Source: the human T2T-CHM13v2.0 reference genome, Homo sapiens
Direction: 5' to 3' (one strand)
Assembly (NCBI RefSeq): GCF_009914755.1
Contig: NC_060934.1
DNA: 64,000 nt
Shown: one piece after another, positions 23,128 through 50,192 of the stretch
Numbering within the stretch: the first letter of the stretch is position 1
How the letters are laid out: each line of letters opens with the position of its first letter
The notes under the pieces: model-generated
What the model was told of the DNA's origin: nothing
Databases searched by the model: none
Seen by the model: the letters and a program-made list of their open reading frames with translations, nothing else
Program-made: the position numbers and the translations under genes

Positions 23128-23529
23128 TGAACTCCTGGCCTCAAGCAGTCCACCTGCCTTGGCCTCCCAAAGCACTGGAAGTATAGGTGTGAGCCACTGC
23201 ACCCAGCCAGATATAACCATGTATTTCTGTGTGGCAGCCTCTGTGCCCTCTGTAGTGCCTTAAGGATAGTAGTGGAGTCTTTTCATTTATTTATCTCAAA
23301 CAATTATTCAAGTGTCTAGCACATGATGTTTATGAAAATAACTTATTCCTTAAGGTAAGTTGAGTGGCATGTCATCTTCTTTCCTACTCTAGCCATTAGT
23401 TTGAGAACATCATCTTGAGTTACTGACACCTTATAAAAAATTCACTTGGTGGCCGGGTGTGGTGGTTCACGCCTGTAATCCCAGCACTTCGGGAGGCTGA
23501 GGTGGGCAGATCACACGGTCAAGAGATCA

Positions 23530-23804
<275 letters not shown>

Positions 23805-24017
23805 TCATCTTTTCTTTAAGTTAGTCCAAAATCTACCCTTGGATCAAGTCAGATTGCCAAACTAGATACTGAAATGTTTAGCATTCCCCTACCTCAGATG
23901 AGGCTTTCATTGAATTGTGCTTTGATATTTATTATCAGTTTTGAATTTTGCTATTGAAAAAGTCCCAATTAAATGCCTTGTGTCTGTTTTGTGGATACTG
24001 TTGAAGATTTAATTTAG

Positions 24018-24233
<216 letters not shown>

Positions 24234-24328
24234 TAATTTATTATTTAGACCTGGCACGGTGGCTCACACCTGTAATCCCAGCACTTTGGGAGGCCAAGGC
24301 AGGCAGATCACTTGAGGCCAGGAGTTCA

Positions 24329-24619
<291 letters not shown>

Positions 24620-24744
24620 CTATATTTTCCTGAGTAGTGATCTGCCTTCATTGTCTAATAGTATTGAATTTTGTAACTGACCAGCATTCCCTTATCAATA
24701 ATGGCTTCTAGGAAGGGACAGAGGTCAGGCAGCCTTCATGATAA

Positions 24745-24999
<255 letters not shown>

Positions 25000-25433
25000 T
25001 AGAGATAGGAGTCTCACTGTGATGGCCAGTGTCATCTTGAATTCCTGGCCTCAAGCAATCCTCCTGCCTTGGCCTCCCAAAGTGCTGGGATTATAGATGT
25101 GAGCTGCCGTGCCCAGCCTAGAGGGTTTTTATTTTTTTAAGTAAAAGCTTTATTGAGCTATAACTCATACAATTCAACCTCTCAGTGTGTACACTTGAGC
25201 AGTTTGTAGTCTATTCACAGAGTTGTGTAATCATCACCACTATCTAATTTTAGAACATTTTCATTACCCTAGAAAGCAAGCCCATGCCCGTTAGCAGTCA
25301 CTGCCCACTCCTTCCTCCCTCCAGCCCCTGGACACCACTCATCGACTGTTTGTTTCTATTGATCTGCCTATTTTGGATGTTTCATGTGACTAGAACGGTA
25401 TAACATGTGGCCTTTTGGGACTGGCTTCTTTGA

Positions 25434-25652
<219 letters not shown>

Positions 25653-26142
25653 TGAATTTGTAGCAGAGACAGGGTCTCGCCACATTGGCCAGGCTGATCT
25701 CAAACTTTTGACCTCAAGTGATCATCTCAGCCTCCCAAAGTGCTGAGATTACAGGTGTGAGCCACCACACTCTGCCCGTCCTTCCTTTTTATTCCAAAAT
25801 AATATTCTATAAAGATGTAACTTAAACATATATTTTTTTAAAATTTGAAAGAAACAAAATTACCAAAATGTTGTGTACAGTAAGGAACTTTTTCTCATCT
25901 TTATTTTTTCTTTTGAGACAGGGTCTCACTCTGTCACGCAGGCTGGAGTGTAGTGATGCAATCACTGCTCACTGCAGCCTCGACCTCCTGTGTCCAAGTG
26001 ATCCTCCTAGCTCCCTTTTTCCATCTTGAACCATCTGAGAGCTAGTTGCCATCCTGGTGCCCCCTACTGTGTATTTCCACAAATGGGGGGACATCCTTCT
26101 CCATCATAACACACCAAAATCAGGAAATGAACACAGACATGA

Positions 26143-26301
<159 letters not shown>

Positions 26302-26304
26302 TGA

Positions 26305-26448
<144 letters not shown>

Positions 26449-26622
26449 TAATTGTAATGTCTTTTTAACCTTCTCAGAGATAAAATTTGTATTCTGCTTT
26501 TTTTAATGTTAACATATCATGATGGTTCTTTTGATTTACCATGCAAATACAATGTTAGAATAATGATTTTAACCAAAGGTAGGACTTTATTTTTTAACTT
26601 TCCTCACTTTGTTTCATGATAA

Positions 26623-26802
<180 letters not shown>

Positions 26803-27287
26803 TAGAGATGGGGTTTTGCCATGTTGCCCATGTTGATCTCAAACTCCTGTGCTCAAGCGATCCTCCCATCTCGGCCTCCCAAATTGTTGGGAGGCCACCA
26901 CGCCCGGCCACAGGTTTTTGAAAAGCTTATAAGACGCAGTTGTATACCTAGCTCCAGAAGAGGGTCATCTGAGAAGTATATGTGCTTATCCTTGAAGAAA
27001 CTCTGTAATACCCATATTCCAGCCTCTTTTATCTTTTCCTCTCTTTGTCCCAACTTTTCTCATCTGCATCACTGACACCAAGCAGCAAATCTCTTCTCAA
27101 AAGAATGTGGTGATGAGGCCGGGCGTGGTGGCTCATGCTGTAACCCCAGCACTTTGGGGGGCCAAGGTGGGTGGATCACCTGAGCTCAGGAGTTTGAGAC
27201 CAGCTTGGCCAACATGCTGAAACCCTGTTTCTACTAAAAGTACAAAAATTAGCTGGGCATGGTGGCGGGTGCCTGTAATCCCAGCTA

Positions 27288-27512
<225 letters not shown>

Positions 27513-27548
27513 TCACATGCAGCGTTTCCTTCTCTTCTCTGGGATTAG

Positions 27549-27699
27549 GTCAGCAACAGCCCCCTGTCAGAAGAGGCCGTCCTGGGATTCGAATATGGGA
27601 TGAGCATTGAGAGCCCAAAGTTACTGCCCCTGTGGGAGGCACAGTTTGGCGATTTCTTCAATGGTGCCCAGATCATCTTTGACACATTCATCTCTGGAG
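27549..27699 (+). CDS. DHTKD1: DHTKD1 exon 11 (151 nt)
   Basis: attag|GTCAGC ... GAG|gttggt; [19 protein letters not shown]...[22 protein letters not shown]. Confidence 0.97.
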
Positions 27700-28189
27700 G
27701 TTGGTGTCAGCGTATAGGGTGGGTACAGGTGGGGGTCCCTGCGTGGCCCCAGCCTCGTGGGGACAAATGAATGAAAAGGGGCCACTGCTGCCTTGAGACT
27801 CCCGTGTGCGGCGGCGCCTCCAGGGAGTTGGGGTCACCCTGTTATGACGGGAGTGTGGCCACTGTCAGGTTAATGTGTTACTGGGACAAAAACCCAAGCT
27901 CTCTCTCAGCAGGAGCACTGGTGCCACCCAGCACCTGTGCCCAGGGGTCAGTAGGGCCATGAAAACCCGCTCCAGTGTCTGAAAGCTTCCGAAACAGTAC
28001 CTGCTCACCGTAAAAATTAGAAGTAATTGAAGTAAACGTCTAAGTCTTCTCCCCAGACCCTGAATCCCATTTTCCAGGGATGCCCACTCTTGGGTTTTGA
28101 ATACCTGCCTTAAATCTTTCCTATAGTTATGCTTCTCTGTAACATTTTCACTGGGAGGAAGAAAAGTGCCTGAGGGCCTGGACTTCTGA

Positions 28190-28569
<380 letters not shown>

Positions 28570-28676
28570 TGAGCCACTGTGCCCGGCCGGGAGCTGCCCA
28601 TTCTTGTAAGAGTGGTGCCTGCGGTGGTATTGGAGCGGCATGTGCTGTCCAGGAAGCTGGGAACGTTCCCCTTTGA

Positions 28677-29015
<339 letters not shown>

Positions 29016-29180
29016 TAGCCCATGATAGGTTTTCATTCAATGAAATGGACATTTCCCTAAGTATAGCATAACAGTTCTAGAAGGTGCATGTAATGAAAGC
29101 AGTTTTGGGGGGCCAGGCAGAAAACTAACATTGATTTCCCCAGCTGAGTCGTGTCAGGCCACTTTGTCCCCGCTTCGTAG

Positions 29181-29393
<213 letters not shown>

Positions 29394-29556
29394 TAACGCC
29401 CACCTAACTGTAACACAGCTTAGTATTTGAGTGAAACAGATTTGATGCAATGTCAATTTTCTTTGGAAACGTAATGCCTCAGGTATAATTGTATCACGGT
29501 TTTATGGCAATTAAAGTTCTCTTGTGCCAGGATCAGCAGTTCTTATACCAGGCTGA

Positions 29557-29709
<153 letters not shown>

Positions 29710-30599
29710 TAGCTGGGACCACAGGCGTATGCCACCATGCCTGGCTAATTTTTGTGTTTTTAGTAGAGATTGGTGTTCTTCCATGTTGGCCAGGCTAGTC
29801 TGAAACTCCTGGCCTCAAGTGATCTACCCGCCTCAGCTTCCCAAAGTGCTGGGATTACAGGTGTGAGCCACCAACCCTGGCTGGTTATTAAAACATTTGA
29901 AATATCCTGCCAGAAATAGCCATTGTCCTCATTTGGTGTGAATCATTACAAATGTCTCCTTTTGCATGTTATTTCCTTATAGTTTATTATGAAGACTTTC
30001 AGATATACAGAAAAGTTGGAAAGAATTTACTGTGAATACTCATATGCCCACTCCCTAGAATTCACCATTATTTTTTATTATACTTGTTTTTTCACATATC
30101 TATTCATCTGTCATTCTGGTATCCTTCAATGCATCTTATGTTTTGATTCATTTCAAAATAAATGGAGACATTAGCTGGGTGCAGTGGCTCACACCTGTAA
30201 TCCTGGCACTTTGGGAGACCAAGGCAGGTGGATCACTTGAGATCAGGAGTTTGAGACCAGCCTGGCTAACACAGAGAAACCCCATCTTTACTAAAAATAC
30301 AAAAATTAGCCATGTGTAGTGGCTCATCCCTGTAATCCAAGCTACTCGGGAGCCTGAGGCAGGAGAATCGCTTGAACCCAGGAGGCAGAGGTTGCAGTGA
30401 GATCACGCCACTGCACTCCAGCCTGGACAACAAAGACTCTGTCTCAAAAAATTAAATAAATAAATAAATAATTAATAAATAGAGATATCAATACATGTCA
30501 CCCCAAGTACTTCAGCATGCATATCGTTAATGATTTTGGCATGTGTGCAGCTAAAATGTATAAACAGATGATAGCTTAATAGATAGGTAGACAGAACAA

Positions 30600-33300
<2,701 letters not shown>

Positions 33301-34192
33301 CAAGGGTGTATGCAAAAAGAAGATGATCATGATTGAGGCCAGGCATGGTGGCTCATGCCTGTAATCCCAGCACTTTTGGGTGGCTGAGGCGGGAGGATCG
33401 CTTGAACCCAGGAGTTTGAGACCAGCCTGGGCATCATAACAAGACCCCATCTCTACAAAAATATTAAAATTAGTCAGGTGTGGTAGCAGGCACCTGTAGT
33501 CCCAGCTACTTGGGAGGCTCTGGTGGGAGGATTGCTTTTGAGTCCAGAGTTTGGGGTTACAGTGTGCTATGATCATGCCACTGAACTCCAGCCTGGGTGA
33601 GAGAACGAGACTCTGTAACAACAACAAAAATAATTGTCCAGATTTTGTCAACTCTCTTTCTTTCCTTTCACTGCCTTTGGGGAAGGGTTAGGAGTTATGC
33701 CTCAGCTTTCTGTCCCACCAGGATCTTCTGAGATTTAACTTCCTTGCCCTCAATTTTTCAACCTTTCTATTAGCTGCTTTTGATTTTTGTCTTAAAGCAC
33801 GCGTGCACACACACACACACACAATCGTTTTATTACATTAGGAAAGTGAGATTCTGATAGTGCTTCCTTCCCCTATCTTAACCCTGTAGTAATCAGAATA
33901 TGTATTTTTTTTAAAAAAGTCCTTTCCAGATTATCTTTGCTATCAGCCGTGTTTGGGAACAATTGTGTTAGATGACACAGAATTGGGCCAGTGGAGAAAG
34001 CCATCAGAGCTCTCCTTTGGTTAATACCGCACCGTTCATAAATTCACCTGCTGATATTTTTCTGTAATGTTGGGCAATAGCTTTTCTGCTATAATCAAGA
34101 ACACCTGTGTTTCCCTTTGGCCAGCCCATTGTCACTACGACTGAAATAGATGATCTGAACATTCTTCTCCTTTCTTGCCACTTCTCTCCCAG

Positions 34193-34357
34193 ATGTGTGA
34201 CAGTGCGGAAGAGGGGGTGGACGGAGACACTGTGAACATGTTTGTGGTTCACCCAACAACTCCTGCACAGTATTTCCACTTGCTTAGGAGACAGATGGTC
34301 CGGAACTTCAGAAAACCACTCATTGTTGCTTCCCCTAAGATGTTACTCAGGCTCCCG
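34193..34357 (+). CDS. DHTKD1: DHTKD1 exon 13 (165 nt)
   Basis: cccag|ATGTGT ... CCG|gtaagc; [34 protein letters not shown]...PKMLLRLP. Confidence 0.98.
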
Positions 34358-35566
34358 GTAAGCAGAAGGTGGTGAATAAGCCTTCCTCCTTTTGTCATTT
34401 TTTGCACTCCATTTTTCCCTATTTTCCATATCTAATTATATTTAAATTACAGAAACACCTTTTTAGTTTCAACTGACTTTGCTACTTTCATTTTTTTTGT
34501 TGTTTTTTGAGACGCAGTCTTGCTCTGTCGCCCAGGCTGGAGTGCAATGGTGCAATCTCGGCCCGTTGCAACCTCTGACTCCTGGGTTTAAGCGATTCTC
34601 CCGCCTCAGCCTCCCAAGTAGCTGAGATTACAGGCATGTGCCACCACACCCAGCTAATTTTTGTATTTTTAGTAGAGATGGGGTTTCGCCATCTTGGCCA
34701 GACTAGTCTCTAACTCTTGACCTCAGGTGATTCGCCCGCCTCGGCCTCCCAAAGTGCTGGGATTGCAGGCGTGAGTCACCACACCCAGCCTGCTTTCATT
34801 TTTTAAACAGCCTTTTAAGACTACCTGGAAAGATAGGTGGTTTTCTGTCAATTGTAATGAAGGACAGGGATAGCAGATGTTATACTAGTGCCCTCCTGAG
34901 CAGAAATACTATTTAGAAAAGCTTTTAGGCTATTAGGCTGGGCATGGTGGCTCATGCCTATAATTCCAGGACTTTGGGAGGCCTAGGCAAGAGGATTGCT
35001 TGAGCCCAGGAGTTTGAGAGCAACCTGGGCAACATTGCAAGACCCCATCTCTGAAAAAAAAAATTGGCCGGTGTGGTGGCTCACACCTGTGCTGTCAGCT
35101 GCTCAGGAGGCTGAGATGGGAGCATCTTTTGAGCCCTGGAGTTCAAGGCTGCAGTGACGTATGACCATGCCACTACACTCCAGCCTGGGCAACACAGCAA
35201 GACACTGTCTGAAAAAGAAAAGAAAAAGTTTTAAAGCCCATATGGTCTAAGCACTATTTTTTTTGATAGCAGCAATTTGGGAATTCAAAGTATTTTGTTG
35301 AAAATGAGTGGCATTATTTGTCATTCTTTTTTTTTTTTTCTTTTTGAGATGGAGTCTTGTGCTGTTGCCCAGGCTAGAGTGCAGTGGCGTGAAATTTATC
35401 ATTTTATCATTTAACACATACGTAGGTTTACCTATTTATCTGTTAAGTGTACATTGTTTTTCAAATCACAAAAATATGCTAGTTTTCAAATAGAAATGTT
35501 CAAAATAATAAATACTACTAAGCATATATTTATCCCATCTGCTATACTTTTTTCAGGTTCATATGA

Positions 35567-35845
<279 letters not shown>

Positions 35846-35934
35846 TGAAGTGCTGGGATTACAGGCATGAGCCACCGTGCCCGGCCGGGAGTATTACAGT
35901 TTTTACATTTATTTGGATATGACTGCTGAGGTGA

Positions 35935-36258
<324 letters not shown>

Positions 36259-37038
36259 TAGTGGAGACAGGGTTTCACTGTGTTAGCCAGGATGGTCTCG
36301 ATCTCCTGACCTCGTGATCCGCCCGCCTCGGCCTCCCAAAGTGCTGGGATTACAGGCATGAGCCACCGCTCCCGGCCTGTTTGTTTGTTTCTTGAGATGG
36401 AGTGTCGCTCTGTTGCCCAGGCTGGAGTGGAGAGCGCGATCTTGGCTCGCTCACTGCAAACTCCGCCTCCCAGGCTCAAGCAATTCTCCAGCCTCAGCCT
36501 CCCCAGTAGCTGGGATTACAGGCTTGTACCACCATGCTCAGCTAATTTTTGTATTTTTAGTAGAGACAGAGTTTCATCATGTTGGCCAGGCTGGTCTCGA
36601 ACTCCTGGCCTCAAGTGATTGGGCTGACTCGGCCTCCCAAAATGCTGGGATTATAGGTGTGAGCCACTATGCCTGGCCTCGTTGTTTTAAGCAGTTTTTA
36701 GCATTCAGAGGGGAGTAGGGAGGTACTCATTCTCAGGGGCGATATTTTCATGGCCCTAAAATCAGTGCCTCCTTAAACTTTTTGCACTAGGTACCTTACT
36801 TGACTCACCCTAGCCTGGCCCTGGGAGTCAGTATCTAGTCAATAGCCAGGAAATGGATTTCAGTAGTCTTACCAATAGCAGCCATTCATTTTTAGTTCAC
36901 TTATAGTGGTCTACCGGTTCTTTCTCACCCAGTGTTTCGCAAACAACCTTATATATTTCGAGGTGACCTCATAAGCCTGGAAGCATCACCAAACATTTAG
37001 GAAGAGTTAATGCAATGCCTTTAGCACCATTTTTCTGA

Positions 37039-37519
<481 letters not shown>

Positions 37520-37583
37520 TAAAATTATGTCGTGGCACCAGGCAAAAGGTAATCTTTTCTTAAATTCATTTTTTAATTTTTAT

Positions 37584-37891
<308 letters not shown>

Positions 37892-37894
37892 TGA

Positions 37895-38164
<270 letters not shown>

Positions 38165-38212
38165 TAGAGATGGGGTTTCACCATCTTGCCTAGGCTGGTC
38201 TCAAACTTGTGA

Positions 38213-38781
<569 letters not shown>

Positions 38782-38953
38782 TGAAGTATACAGAACTGAT
38801 ATTTTTTGGCAAGGCATTGCGTCTATTAGGACATGGGTCTCCTTGCAGTGCTAGGCTAGAACTTTGGTACTCGTGTTTGATAGCGGCCCTTGTAAGTGAC
38901 AGCATCACCTCTTTCTGTTGCTTGCTGGGTGTGTGGCCTCTTCTCCCTCGTAG

Positions 38954-39036
38954 GCAGCCGTGTCAACTCTTCAAGAAATGGCACCAGGAACAACATTTAA
39001 CCCGGTCATTGGTGATTCATCTGTGGATCCAAAAAA
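38954..39036 (+). CDS. DHTKD1: DHTKD1 exon 14 (83 nt)
   Basis: cgtag|GCAGCC ... AAA|gtaaga; AAVSTLQEMAPGTTFNPVIGDSSVDPK(K). Confidence 0.96.
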
Positions 39037-39107
39037 GTAAGATATGTATCTCTGTTTTCATATTCTGTGGCAGAATTTTAATTAATGGGAAAAGTAGTTC
39101 ACATTAA

Positions 39108-39470
<363 letters not shown>

Positions 39471-39646
39471 TAAGTCCTTTAAGTCAGTGGAGTATGAGTT
39501 AAGTGTGGGTGGGAAAGTGGACTTTGTAGGCGCATGTTGCTGAAGAAGGGTCCCCAGGAATAGCCTGTGACTGAACTCGGCTGCAGAGACCCCCACCACC
39601 TTGTTCATGAGGACTTTAAATCTGCACTGTCTCCCGTTTCTTCTGA

Positions 39647-39859
<213 letters not shown>

Positions 39860-39961
39860 TAGCCAGGATGGTCTCGATCTCCTGACCTCGTGATCTGCCC
39901 GCCTTGGCCTCCCAAAGTGCTGAGATTACAGGCGTGAGCTACTGCACCTGGCCTCTTCTGA

Positions 39962-40216
<255 letters not shown>

Positions 40217-40390
40217 TGATGTTCAGATACCCAAAACCCATTTCAGCTCTTTTAAATGAAAAGATGTGGTGGGGGTTATTAGAAAATTGAATCTTGGGCC
40301 GGGCGCGGTGGCTCACACCTGTAATCCTGGCACTTTGGGAAGCTGGGGTGGGTGGATCACAAGGTCAGGAGATTGAGACCATCCTGGCTA

Positions 40391-40621
<231 letters not shown>

Positions 40622-40721
40622 TCACGCCTGTAGTCCCAGCACTTTGGGAGGCCGAGGTGGGCGGATCACGAGGTCAGGAGATCAAGACCATCCTGGCTAA
40701 CACAGTGAAACCCCGTCTCTA

Positions 40722-41106
<385 letters not shown>

Positions 41107-41409
41107 GAAAATGCATTGAATACACCTAAACTACAAAACACAGCTTAGCCTAGCCTGCCTTAAACATGCTCAGAACACTCACATTAGCTTATCGTTGGGC
41201 ACAATCATTTAACACAAAATCTATTACATTTCATAATGAAGTGTTGAATATCTCAGATAATTTATCGAATACTGTACCAACAGTGAAAAACAGAACTGTT
41301 GTATGGGTACTTGAAGTACAGTTTCTAGTGAATGTGAATCCCTTTCACACCATCGTAAAGTTGAAAACTCCATCGTAGGTGGGATCATAGTAAATTGGGG
41401 ACCGTCTGC
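41107..41409 (-). mobile_element. MER6-like TcMar-Tigger DNA transposon relic
   Basis: agcttagcctagcctgccttaaacatgctcagaacact ... ggggaccgtctg matches my recollection of the MER6 consensus. Confidence 0.65.
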
Positions 41410-41451
41410 ATGTGTCTACTTGAGGTGCTGAAAGAATTTCTTCTCTCATAG

Positions 41452-41537
41452 ATCATATTTGGAGTCAGGAGGAACCTCAGAACATGGGTCCGTGGTCGTT
41501 TGTTTCTCCAAGGTTTGAAAAGCAGCTGGCCTGCAAG
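41452..41537 (+). CDS. DHTKD1: DHTKD1 exon 16 (86 nt)
   Basis: catag|ATCATA ... AAG|gtaatc; (D)[28 protein letters not shown] (WxQEEPxNMG motif). Confidence 0.97.
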
Positions 41538-41541
41538 GTAA

Positions 41542-41811
<270 letters not shown>

Positions 41812-42056
41812 TAGCCAGGATGGTCTCAATCTCCTGACCTCGTGATCCGCCCACCTCGGCCTCCCAAAGCGCTGGGATTACAGGCATTGAGGCACGGAGC
41901 CCTGTCCCTCTAATCTCTTCTGCGTAACTCATTATTTGAAAGAGGTGATTTATGGTTAAACAAGCTAAGAGAAATACATGCACTGTCTTGTTGGAACTAA
42001 GCAGAGCTCTGATCTAGTCAAAATGTCATTTTATTTCTTCTCTGCTGCACTTATAG

Positions 42057-44490
<2,434 letters not shown>

Positions 44491-44690
44491 TCCTCAGGAC
44501 TCCTGGACTTCTTGAATTAAAAGATTTCAAAAGTCTAAGCACAAAAATGAGATGGAAGATTAGATCTTTGTAAAAGGTTAGTTTAGGCTGGGCGTGGTAG
44601 CTCACGCCTGTAATCACAGCACTGTGGGAGGTCAAGATGGGTGCATCACCTGAGGTCAGGCATTCGAGACTAGCCTGGCCAACATGGCTA

Positions 44691-45088
<398 letters not shown>

Positions 45089-45376
45089 TAGGATGGCCTT
45101 GATCTCCTGACCTCATGATCCGCCCACCTTGGCCTCCCAAAGTGCTGGGTTTACAGGCGTGAGCCACTGTGACTGGTGGATCTCTCCAAATTTCTAATTT
45201 TACACCTCACAGTCTGTTCATGGTTTCTTTTTATGTCTTCTCTAACTCGAGTCATGAAATGTGTCTTCTGTTGGCTTAACCTTTCTACTCTCAATCACTA
45301 CTGCAACATGGATCAGCATTTTACATTCCCTTGCAGGGAGGGACCATTTGAGGAATTCCAAATCAAATACTCATTA

Positions 45377-45535
<159 letters not shown>

Positions 45536-46359
45536 TCAGCCAGGCGTTGTTGCGCATGCTTGTAGTCCCAGCTACTTGAGAGGCTGAGGCAGGAAAATCA
45601 CTTGAACTACTCCAGCATGGGCAACAGAGCAAGACTCCATCTCAAAAAAAAAAAAAAAAAGTGTAAAAGGGATAGTATTTTTATTGTCAACCAAGGAATT
45701 ATTAAAAAATAATAAAATTTCAAAGGTAATATAGTCAGTCTAAAGATGTCTAAGCTTCATAGTATTTTTCCCAAATAGCATGTGTATGCAAGACACAGAA
45801 AAGCTAAGCAAAATAGTTATTATTCTCACTAAAAAATTTTTTATTTTACTAAGAATAATTTGTCATTTCAGACAAAACTAACATTTTTCCATGGTTGCTA
45901 CTATTTCTACTTCTTGAATACCCAATTTAAGGTTTAGTCCTCATTGAACATTAAAATGGCATAGATAGATATAAATAATAGATATAAATAAGATACAAGT
46001 ATAAAGTTACTAAGGTTTTCTTTTTTTCTTTTGAGACCAAATCTCGCTCTGTGGCCCAGGCTGGAGGGCAGTGGTGCGATCCTGGCTCACTGCAACCTCC
46101 GCCTTTCTAGTTCAAGTGATTCTGTGTCAGCGTTAGGCCGCTTTGGCCTCTTAAAGTGCTGAGATTACAGGCGTGAGCCACCACACCTGGCCCTTTTACA
46201 AAATTGAAGAAATGAAAGGGTTACCCCGCCCAAAAAAAAAAAAAAAAAGATTACACTGGAAGGAAGTCACAGATTAAGGATCAAGACTGTTGAGTCTTTA
46301 GGTTCCAAAAGCTTCACCTACATTTTTCTTATATGTATTTGGATATTAAAGAAAATAAG

Positions 46360-47200
<841 letters not shown>

Positions 47201-49273
47201 CCCAAAAGCTCTTACTCTATAGAAATAGTAATTCATTGTCATTTTATTTAAATCTGATAAAGCACAATCTAAAGCAGACTCCTTTCCTCACTGCTAATTG
47301 CAATTTTATTTATTTATTTATTTATTTAGAGACGGAGTCTCACTCTGTCCCCCAGGCTGGAGTGCACTGGCACGATTACGGCTCACTGCAGCCGCGAATT
47401 CCTGGGCTCAAGTGATCGTCCCATCTCAGCCTCCCAAGTAGCTAGAAGTAACGTGCCTGCCACTATGCCCTGCTAATTAAACAAATTTTTTTTCTTGTAG
47501 AGACGACGTCTTGCTATATTGCCCAGGCTGGTCACAAACTCCTGGCCTTAAATGATTTTCCCGCCTTGTCCTCCCAAAGTGCTGGGATTACAGGCATGAG
47601 CCACCACACCCAGTCTAATTTTTAAAAATTATTTAAGTCAGACCAGTGGCGTGTACCTGTAGTCCCAGCAACTCCAGAGGCTTAGGTGAGAAGATCCTTT
47701 GCGCCAAGGACTTTGAGGCTGCAGTGAGCTATGATCTCACCACTGCACTCCAGCTTGGGTGACAGAGTGAGATCCATACTGTGAAAAATAATAATACATA
47801 AAAAATTAAACAGGGCGCACAGTGGCCCATGCCTGTAATCCCAGCTCTTTGGGAGGATAAGGAAGGCAGAGTGCTTGAACTGGGGAGGCATAGGTTGCAA
47901 TGAGCCGATACAGTGCCACTTCACTTCAGCCTGGGTGACAGAGTGAGACCCTGTCTCAAGAAAAAAAAAAAGTATTTATATTACTTTAGTGTCGTGTCCC
48001 TGTTTTCTTTGACTCATATGGGGATCCAGCTAAAATTGAACTGAACACCAGAAATGACCTTTTAAGAGTAAAATGGTATTTCATCAATAAATACTTTATT
48101 GGACATATAGTCCCTATATTACATTTTTATGGACCTTAGAAATACACAGAAGTAAAAGATAAAATGGGTTGCCCACTGTCCTCAATGGGCTAACAATCTA
48201 TTTGAGAAGACAAAGCATTTAATACATAGAGACATTTTCTTGTTGGATGTGCTAAAACAATGAAAGATCAAGGAGGTAGACTTGAGAGTCTGGATGGATG
48301 TAGATTAGGTGGCACATTGCAGTTAAACAAGGAAAAGCCCTAGGTGGCATGGCATGTAGTGGTAGAAAGAATGGTGGAAGGGGCCAGGAGCAGTGGCTCA
48401 TGTGTAATCCCAGCACTTTGGGAGGCTAAGGCAGGCAGATCACTTGAGGTCAGCAGTTCAAGACCAGCCTGGCCAACATGGTGAAACCCCGTCTCTACTA
48501 AAAATACAAACTTAGCCAGGCAGGGTGGCATGTGCCTGTAATCTGAGCTGCTCAGGAGGCTGAGGCATGAGAATCACTGGAACCTGGGAGGTGGAGGTTG
48601 CAGTGAGTTGAGATTGGCCACTGCACTCCAGCCCAGTGACAGAGCGAGACTCTGTCTCAAAGAGAAAAAAAAGAATGGTGGAAGGGTAATTCACAAAGTT
48701 TATCCAGAGTGTCAAAGCTCATTCCCAGGCTCTTACTTGAACCATGGAACTATCCCAGAAATAGGCAGTAAAAAGAGGCACAGGATACTCTTCACCTTCT
48801 GTGATATTTTCAATTTAGTGCATCTTCCCCCTGACACCCCCCCCCCCCCCCCCCCCGCCGCTTGCTGGAGTACAGTGGTGCGATCTGAGCTCACTGCAAC
48901 GTCTACCTCCAGGGCTCAAGCCAGCCTCCTGAGGCCTCCTGACAAGCTGGGACAACAGGCGCAAACCACCATGCCCGGCTGATTTTTGTTTTTTTTACCT
49001 TTCATAGAGACGTGGTCTCACTGTGTTGCCCAGGCTGGAATTTAGTGCATCTTTATTGAAAGGATATTGCATTCATGAAATTAGCTCATAATTGAGTGTC
49101 AAAACTGCACTTAAGTCAATCATTTTGTAGGCTATTGTACATAGTAGAAAAAGTAAGAACGACCACTCTATCTAGAAGTTTACTGCATATCAGGGGAGAT
49201 TAGGCAAGTATAAAAATGACTAATACAAAGTAGAGTGAGGTAAGGATGAATTAACAGGATGGGAGATTATTAC

Positions 49274-49680
49274 TGTGGCAGATTGGATTTTCCAAAAATT
49301 CCCACAGCGGTATTTTGAATCCCACATGTTCTTCCAGAATCTTGCCACAATCTCCCCTAGAGGTGGTGTCCCTAGGACTTGTGGCTGCCCCTACAGACAC
49401 AATGCAGTAAAAGATGCTGGTTCAGTTCTGAGGACATCCCTTGGACCCCAGCTGCCATGCTGTGAGGAAGCCCAGGCCGCTTGGAGAAGCCATCTGGAGG
49501 TGCTGGAGCTGACACCAGCACCCAATGCCAGACTGGGGAATGAGGGAGCCACCTGATCATTCCAGTCCCCAGCCCTGGGGCTGTCCCAGCTGACCTCAAG
49601 TACAGCAGAGACTCATGCAAGCTGGACCTAAATTGCACGCCCCCCTGAAATATATAATTTATTTCATGAACATAGATCTG
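49274..49680 (+). mobile_element. MLT1-type (ERVL-MaLR) LTR
   Basis: Starts tgtggcagattggattttccaaa; internal cagctgccatgctgtgaggaagccca, typical of MLT1. Confidence 0.7.
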
Positions 49681-49864
49681 AACATTAGAACAGATTATTG
49701 AGGCCGGTTTTGGTGGCCCATGCCTGTAATCCCAGCACTTGGGGAGGCTGAGACAGCTGGATTGCTTGAGCTCAGGAGTTCGAGACCAGCCTGGGCAACA
49801 TAGCAAGACTCTATCTCTACAAAAAATACAAAAATTGGGTGAGTTTGGTGGCGGAAACCTGCTA

Positions 49865-49987
<123 letters not shown>

Positions 49988-50192
49988 TTAAAAAAAAAGA
50001 AAGAAAGAAAAAAGATAACAGTGGCTTCAGGAAAACTGTTCCACGGTAGGAGGCATACGATCCTGATCTCTGTATTTTGGAGAAGACGGAGGGGACTAGC
50101 TTACGTCGAGACAGAGGAGTTCATAACTATTAACTATACACAACGACGTGTCACAAATGTTTACAAACTTCCAAGAGATAACGATAAGAAGC

